A DNA stretch of 64,000 nt from Thermoanaerobaculia bacterium. GTDB lineage: Bacteria > Acidobacteriota > Thermoanaerobaculia > Multivoradales > Multivoraceae. Shown in pieces: positions 58,635-64,000 of this stretch. The notes beneath the pieces were generated by a model. It was not told the DNA's origin, ran no database searches, and saw nothing but the letters and a program-made list of their open reading frames with translations. The stretch spans positions 1,760,001 through 1,824,000 of the forward strand of contig OY761158.1 of NCBI GenBank assembly GCA_963664405.1, read 5' to 3'. Within the stretch, counting starts at the first letter, position 1, and each line of letters starts with the position of its first letter. The position numbers and the translations under genes were made by a program.

Positions 58635-60269
58635 ATGCTGCCGCGTTTGCGGAGTTTCATGCTCTTGCCGAGCCTGGGCTTTGTCATCGCCTGCGCTGCC
58701 GACGAGGCGAGCCGAAAGCCTGTAAGCACTGTTCAGGTGTTCAAGAGCGGTGCACGTTTTCGTGGCACCAACGGCATCATCTTCGGCCCTCAGGGACGCC
58801 TATGGGTAGCCAGTGTCGTCACTCCCATGCTCGCCGTCTTGGACCCGGAGAGCGGCGAGCTGCTCGAGAGCTACGGCCCCGAAGACGGCATCAAGGGTCC
58901 CGACGACGTCGCATTCGGACCCGACGGGTCCGTTTACTGGACCGACATCAGCTACGGTGAGGTAGGGCGCCGAGCGCCGGACGGCTCGGTCACTGTCGTC
59001 GGTAGCCCTGGTCCGGGAGTAAACCCCATCACCTTCTCCGACGATGGACGACTCTTCGTCTCGCAGTGCTTTTTCGGAGACAAACTATTCGAGATCGACC
59101 CCCTGGGCAAGGAAGAGCCCCGTCTCATCACCGACCAGCTCGGGCCCGGCTGTGGGCTCAACGGCATGGACTGGGGCAGAGACGATTTTCTCTATGGGCC
59201 TCGGTGGTTCGCACGAGAGGTGGTGAAAGTCGACGTCGACACTGGGCAATTCGAAACGGTGGCGGCCGACTTCGGGGTTCCGGCGGCGGTCAAGTTCGAC
59301 TCGCGGGGTCGGCTGCACGTGCTCGATTCTTTGCGAGGGGAGGTCGTCCGCCTCGACGGCGACGAGAGGACCATCGTCGGGCGAGTGCCGGCGTCGAGCG
59401 CGGACAACCTCACCTTCGACGCCGAGGACCGCCTCTTCGTCTCCAGCTTCGGTGACGGATTCATCATCGAAGTCCTCGACGCTGAGACCAACCGAACAGT
59501 CAGCCCCGGCGGTCTCAATATGCCCGGTGGGCTGGCACTGTTGAACGGTCGCCTCTATGTCGCCGACTTCTTCGCCCTCCGTGGCCTGGACGCCGAAACC
59601 GCCGGGGAGCTCTACTCCGCCCGCGACATCATCGGTTTCTCAGACCTGGGCTCGGTCATGACCGTGGCAACCAGCGACGCTAACCTCGTGCTCACCAGCT
59701 GGTTCGACAATACGGTAAAGCTATGGGACCCGGAGAGCGATTCTCTGGTCGCCGCCTTCGAAGGCTTTGGCCGACCCATTCACGCTCTAGCATTCGACGG
59801 GGACATCGTGGTCACCGAGTACGACACCGGCAGTGTCATTCGCTTCGATCCGCAAGACCCGGAGACCAGAACCGCGATTGCAACCGGGCTCGAAGAGCCG
59901 GCGGGTCTGGCGGCTGCTGAGGGAGAATTGTACGTCAGTGACCGAGCCGCGGGAGCGGTCTTCCAGGTCATCCACGATGGCAGGCTGCTCACGCCGGCCA
60001 AGAAAGTCGCGGTCGAGCTGGCGGGGCCAGAGGGTATGGCCCTGGGCGCAGACGGTCACCTTTACGTCGTCGAGAGCGCGGCGGGCCGTGTCACCAGCAT
60101 CGAAACGGAAACCGGTGCGAGAGCTGTGGTGGCGGAGGGGTTGGAGCTCCACGTTCCGGCGCAGGGAGTTTTCCCGAGCACGATGCTCTTCAATGGCATC
60201 GCTCTGGGCGAAAATCACGCCTTCGTCACCGGCGACGTCCACAATCAGATCTATCGCATCGAGCGCTAG
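58635..60269 (+). CDS. SMP-30/gluconolactonase-like double beta-propeller lipoprotein
   Basis: Repeated NGI.FGPQG/PDDVAFGPDG blades; VIAC lipobox; GGAGG RBS. Confidence 0.8.
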   Translation: MLPRLRSFMLLPSLGFVIACAADEASRKPVSTVQVFKSGARFRGTNGIIFGPQGRLWVASVVTPMLAVLDPESGELLESYGPEDGIKGPDDVAFGPDGSVYWTDISYGEVGRRAPDGSVTVVGSPGPGVNPITFSDDGRLFVSQCFFGDKLFEIDPLGKEEPRLITDQLGPGCGLNGMDWGRDDFLYGPRWFAREVVKVDVDTGQFETVAADFGVPAAVKFDSRGRLHVLDSLRGEVVRLDGDERTIVGRVPASSADNLTFDAEDRLFVSSFGDGFIIEVLDAETNRTVSPGGLNMPGGLALLNGRLYVADFFALRGLDAETAGELYSARDIIGFSDLGSVMTVATSDANLVLTSWFDNTVKLWDPESDSLVAAFEGFGRPIHALAFDGDIVVTEYDTGSVIRFDPQDPETRTAIATGLEEPAGLAAAEGELYVSDRAAGAVFQVIHDGRLLTPAKKVAVELAGPEGMALGADGHLYVVESAAGRVTSIETETGARAVVAEGLELHVPAQGVFPSTMLFNGIALGENHAFVTGDVHNQIYRIER

Positions 60270-60318
60270 CCCCCCCTAAGAACTACTCGCCTGTCCGAAT
60301 TCTCGGACACGCTCCTAG
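60266..60318 (-). repeat. Short CTAG-bounded element, internally deleted relative of 27509-27599
   Basis: Reverse complement CTAGGAGCGTGTCCGAGAATTCGGACAGGCGAGTAGTTCTTAGGGGGGGCTAG; the left CTAG contains the upstream TAG stop. Confidence 0.75.
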
Positions 60319-60343
60319 CCCCAGAGAATGGGTCCCAGCGCTC

Positions 60344-61321
60344 CTAGGCCCCGAGCTCGACAGCTCGACCTACGACTTCGTCGGGGGTGATCGAGCCTGG
60401 TGCTTCGCCGTTTCTTGCCGCCTCGGCGGTGATCTCCTGTGCTGCCCGGTTGTAGGGGGTCGGCACACCATGGAGAGCGCCAAGGAGAACGATCTCCCCG
60501 TTCAAGTAGTCGGTCTCGACCGTGCCGGTGCCGCGAAGCAAACTCTGCCAGGTCGAGCCTCCCTGCCGCGGCACTCCTTCAATCTCCCCTTGTCCACTCT
60601 CCCGCCGGCAGTGCCTCAGGAGCTCGCGGGGTTGCATGTAGTCGATCCCGGCAGCCGCTAGACACGCCCGACCCTCGCGTCGAAGCTGCCTCGTCAGCTC
60701 CCCGGTTTCGGCCTCTAAACCGCACACAGCCTGCACTCCGTTGCCGACGTTCATCAGCAGCTTGCCGTACTTGAGGCGCATCACAGCTGGGTCAGGGAGG
60801 GAGTGGAGGCCCGACTCTTCGAGATCCGCGCATACAGCCTCGATAAGGGGATCAACACCGCTCGGGTAGCGACCGGCGTCGAGAGTTCCTCGTCTCGGCG
60901 TGCCGTTGAGAAGCACCACGCCCGCTTCGATGTAGGTCGCCGGCATCAGCACGAGCATTGCGTAGACGTCGGTCATGAAACGGGCCGCGAGCCTCTCTGT
61001 GAACACACCGTTCTGGGCAACGATCACCGGCAGTGCCTCCCCACCGCTGGCGCGAAGATCACGCAAGGCGCCTTCGCTATCCTGAGCCTTCATGGTCAAC
61101 AGAACAACGTCCCCTTGACGAAAGTCCAGCTCGCGGGGATGGGCGACGCTGGGGACTCTGAGACGGTCTTCGCAGTCGGGTGTGCGCAAAAGAAGACCCT
61201 CTCCCTGCAACGCCGCGAGGTGATCGCCGCGGGCAATGAGTACGACCTCTTTCCCCGCCTTGTGAAGCTGGCCTCCGATGCCCGCGCCAATGCCGCCGGC
61301 ACCATAAATGATGTATCTCAT
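60344..61321 (-). CDS. panE: Ketopantoate reductase family protein
   Basis: YGAGGIG, MKAQD, QNG, KLLMN, STWQSL, ETDYLNGE. Confidence 0.82.
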   Translation of the reverse strand: MRYIIYGAGGIGAGIGGQLHKAGKEVVLIARGDHLAALQGEGLLLRTPDCEDRLRVPSVAHPRELDFRQGDVVLLTMKAQDSEGALRDLRASGGEALPVIVAQNGVFTERLAARFMTDVYAMLVLMPATYIEAGVVLLNGTPRRGTLDAGRYPSGVDPLIEAVCADLEESGLHSLPDPAVMRLKYGKLLMNVGNGVQAVCGLEAETGELTRQLRREGRACLAAAGIDYMQPRELLRHCRRESGQGEIEGVPRQGGSTWQSLLRGTGTVETDYLNGEIVLLGALHGVPTPYNRAAQEITAEAARNGEAPGSITPDEVVGRAVELGA

Positions 61322-61338
61322 CGCAGTGCGGACGCCTA

Positions 61339-61491
61339 ACTCGAACGTTGAGTGGCTGAGTGAGTCATTCGTGGTCGAGATCAAGGCGCGCTGACGCAGG
61401 CATAGCGGGGACTATGTCGAGGAAGCGTAACGCAGAGATCGGCCGCGAGGGCCGCTCAGGAGCAAAAAGTTTGGGTGTTACGGTCCACTAG
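61339..61491 (+). mobile_element. Hairpin MITE, arm type C, left end eroded
   Basis: Near-identical to 31716-31869; right CTAG at 61488; left terminal ~15 bp missing or degenerate. Confidence 0.85.
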
Positions 61492-61613
61492 GGAGCGAAG
61501 TAGATGTACTCGGCGCCGGCAGGGGGCTCACCGGGCCAGATGTCGACGAAGGTACGCCGATACAGCGGGGTCGGCCACAGAGGCTTCACGAACTGGGCCT
61601 CAGACTCAGCCAT
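61488..61613 (-). other. 41-aa ORF or gene remnant MAESEAQFVKPLWPTPLYRRTFVDIWPGEPPAGAEYIYFAP
   Basis: Coding-like codons; stop is the TAG of the MITE's CTAG. Confidence 0.4.
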
Positions 61614-61622
61614 TGTGGCCAT

Positions 61623-61949
61623 GAGCTCGCGAGTCTTCTCGGCGCTCTACCTGACAACGTTGTCATCTCCCCTCGCCTCCGCCGACCCATCGATCTCTGG
61701 CACGTCTTTACCCACTCCCGAAGCGAGCTTCTTCGCCAGCTCCGAACCAGCCTCGGCCAGATCCGCCAGAACGGCATGATCTGGGTCTCTTGGCCGAAGA
61801 AGTCCTCCGGCGTTCCATCCCAGGTCACCGAAGATGTCGTCCGCGAGCTCGCGCTCCCACTGGGACTGGTCGATGTGAAAGTCTGCGCCGTCGACGAGAC
61901 CTGGTCGGGGTTGAAGCTGGTAATTCGCAAAGAGAATCGCACCGAATAG
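61623..61949 (+). pseudogene. DUF3052-family gene lacking its N-terminus
   Basis: 'GMIWVSWPKKSSGV...LGLVDVKVCAVDETWSGLKLVIRKE'; no start codon in frame before ATG 61776. Confidence 0.7.
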
Positions 61950-62056
61950 GACTGCCCCGCCTCGAACAGGCGGCCCTCCAGCCATCCTGACCGGCGCGAT
62001 CTAAGGAGGAGGCAGGCGGAGGCAGGCGTGGGGGCGGGGGCCGGCCAAGAAGCGCC

Positions 62057-62986
62057 CTAATCCAGAGGCTCCAACCCCGCCTCGATCTCGTCCCGCTGCG
62101 ACTCGAGCCAGGGCGGCAGGATCAGAGTCTCTCCGAGGTGCGCCGGATCTTCGTCGCGGGCGAAGCCGGGGCCATCGGTGGCGAGCTCGAAGAGGACACC
62201 ACCCGGTTCGACGAAGTAGACCGACTGAAACCAGAAGCGATCGATCTGAGGGGTGGGTCGATGCCCGTCTCGAGCGAGAGTCTCGCGAAGCTCCATCTCT
62301 CGATCGCTGTCGGGGAGTCGCCAGGCGACGTGATGAACGGCTCCCCGCCCCGATTGGGCTCGGCCTTCCTCAGGTCGCTCCATGAGATCGAGTAGCGTTC
62401 CCGAGCCTCCCTCACCCGAGGAGAATCGCTCCCAGCCCTGGTCGCGCCCCCGCCCCTCGAGTCCCATCGGTCCGCACAAGAGATCTCGCGTCTTGGCGGC
62501 ATCCCGCACCCAGAGTCGCACCGCATGAAGCCCCCGCACCTGCTGCTCCTCGGCGACCGGGCTCGCGCCCCAGGGCACGAAGGGTCGCTCTTCGACTTCC
62601 ACAAGCGCCAGCCGAAGGCCATGAGGATCGCGAAAAGGTAGGGCCGCCTCACCGAATCTCTCCTCGTCGGGCTCGAGCTCGACTCCGTGATCTTGCAAGT
62701 GCCGCCTCCACTCGCCGAGAGTCGACGCCGGCACGGCGAGCTCGACCTCCACCGTCGAGCCTGCTCCTCTTCGCGCCGGCGGCATCTGAGGCCAAGAGAA
62801 GAAAGTCAGATCGGTGCCAGGGCTACCCGCACCGTCGGCGTAGAAGAGGTGGTAGGTATCGGTCGCGTCCTGGTTCACCGTTCGCTTTACCAGGCGCATG
62901 CCGAGGACGTCGGTGTAGAAGGCTAGGTTCTCCCGCGGGTCGCCGGCGATACAGGTAACGTGATGGAGACCGTGGACCTTCGACAT
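62057..62986 (-). CDS. Ring-cleaving dioxygenase/glyoxalase (MhqO-like)
   Basis: GLHHVT, KRTVNQD, YHLFY, HHVAW, DRFWFQSVYF.EPGGVLFELAT. Confidence 0.9.
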   Translation of the reverse strand: MSKVHGLHHVTCIAGDPRENLAFYTDVLGMRLVKRTVNQDATDTYHLFYADGAGSPGTDLTFFSWPQMPPARRGAGSTVEVELAVPASTLGEWRRHLQDHGVELEPDEERFGEAALPFRDPHGLRLALVEVEERPFVPWGASPVAEEQQVRGLHAVRLWVRDAAKTRDLLCGPMGLEGRGRDQGWERFSSGEGGSGTLLDLMERPEEGRAQSGRGAVHHVAWRLPDSDREMELRETLARDGHRPTPQIDRFWFQSVYFVEPGGVLFELATDGPGFARDEDPAHLGETLILPPWLESQRDEIEAGLEPLD

Positions 62987-63065
62987 CGTCGAATCCTACA
63001 ACGTCGAAGGCCGCGACTCGGGCGCCGAGGTTAGGATGCGCTGAGGAGCCCTGATCCAAGCGACC

Positions 63066-64000
63066 ATGCGAATTCTCGCTCTCGAGCCCTACTACGGCGG
63101 CAGTCACCGCGCCTTTCTCGACGGCTGCCGTCGGCACTCGCGGCACCACTGGACCCTACTCCAGCTCCCCCCAAACAAGTGGAAGTGGCGCATGCGCCAG
63201 AGCCCACTCCTCTTCGCCTGGCAGGCGGAGGAAGCGCTCGCGCGCGGAGGGCGCTTCGACCTTCTCTTCTGCTCCGACATGCTTCCGCTTGCCGAATTCT
63301 TCGGCCTTGCGCCTGCACCTCTGCGTGAGCTCCCAAGCGTGGTGTATTTCCACGAGAACCAACTCACCTACCCTTTCCGCTTCAAGAAAGAGCGGGACTA
63401 TCACTTCGGCCTCAGCAACATCTCGAGCGCCCTGGCCGCCGACGAGGTCTGGTTCAACTCCGCCTATCATCGCGATGCCTTCCTCGACGCCATCCCGACC
63501 TTCCTCTCCAAGATGCCAGATCATCGGCCGCTCGCGGCGGAGGAGAAGATCCGCGCCAAGTCCCAGGTTCATCATCCAGGAATCGAGTCGGACTCGACGA
63601 AGACGCCACGCCCTGAGCGCCGACCTGGACCTCTTCACATTCTCTGGGCGGCCCGCTGGGAACACGACAAAGACCCCGAGACGTTCTTCAACGCGATTCG
63701 ACGATTGCATCGGCAAGGCAACGACTTCCGCCTCTCCGTTGTTGGCGAGCGCTTCCGGGAGCGGCCTGCGGTCTTCGACGATGCACAAAAACTCTACGCA
63801 GACCGGATTCTCAACTGGGGCTTCCTCGAGAAGCGCAGCGACTACGAGGCTGCACTACGGGAGGCTGACGTCTTTGTCTCTACTGCTCGCCACGAATTCT
63901 TCGGCCTGAGCACAGTCGAAGCCATGGCGGCCGGCGCCCTCCCTCTCCTTCCTCGAAGGCTGACCTATCCAGAGCTCCTCGCTCTCGATCAGGACCCTAC
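63066..64000 (+). CDS. DUF3524/GTDC1-like GT-B glycosyltransferase (3'-truncated; absent from the ORF track)
   Basis: MRILALEPYYGGSH, WKWRMR, YFHENQLTYP, WFNSAYH, RWEHDKDPE, HEFFGLSTVEA. Confidence 0.88.
   Translation, partial: MRILALEPYYGGSHRAFLDGCRRHSRHHWTLLQLPPNKWKWRMRQSPLLFAWQAEEALARGGRFDLLFCSDMLPLAEFFGLAPAPLRELPSVVYFHENQLTYPFRFKKERDYHFGLSNISSALAADEVWFNSAYHRDAFLDAIPTFLSKMPDHRPLAAEEKIRAKSQVHHPGIESDSTKTPRPERRPGPLHILWAARWEHDKDPETFFNAIRRLHRQGNDFRLSVVGERFRERPAVFDDAQKLYADRILNWGFLEKRSDYEAALREADVFVSTARHEFFGLSTVEAMAAGALPLLPRRLTYPELLALDQDP

Overview
GC-rich bacterial chromosomal window; the lineage is probably Acidobacteriota, inferred from two 'Acidobacterial VWFA' genes and the general gene content. 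Recognisable content: an MlaD/PqiC tail, a peptide uptake/degradation operon, a type IV minor-pilin/PilY1 cluster, a GMC dehydrogenase pair, FHA-GGDEF and PilZ proteins, fatty-acid catabolism genes, amidohydrolases and one complete IS1182-family element with a CTAG target duplication. The most striking feature is a dispersed family of six ~150-200 bp hairpin elements bounded by CTAG. They share one structured core with two SRP-helix-8-like internal loops but carry four unrelated terminal arms. One copy inserts in frame into a signal peptide, another frameshifts a lipoprotein gene, and one is stacked with other elements beside the IS. Other notable features: two split ORFs that read as selenoproteins (UGSC and DUF3179) with candidate SECIS hairpins, a probable AUU-initiated RRM gene, a coupled Asn-synthase-like/RaSEA-like radical SAM/flavin-halogenase operon of unknown product, and several gene remnants missed by the ORF track. 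No rRNA, tRNA or CRISPR array was seen. All family assignments come from motif recognition, not database searches.
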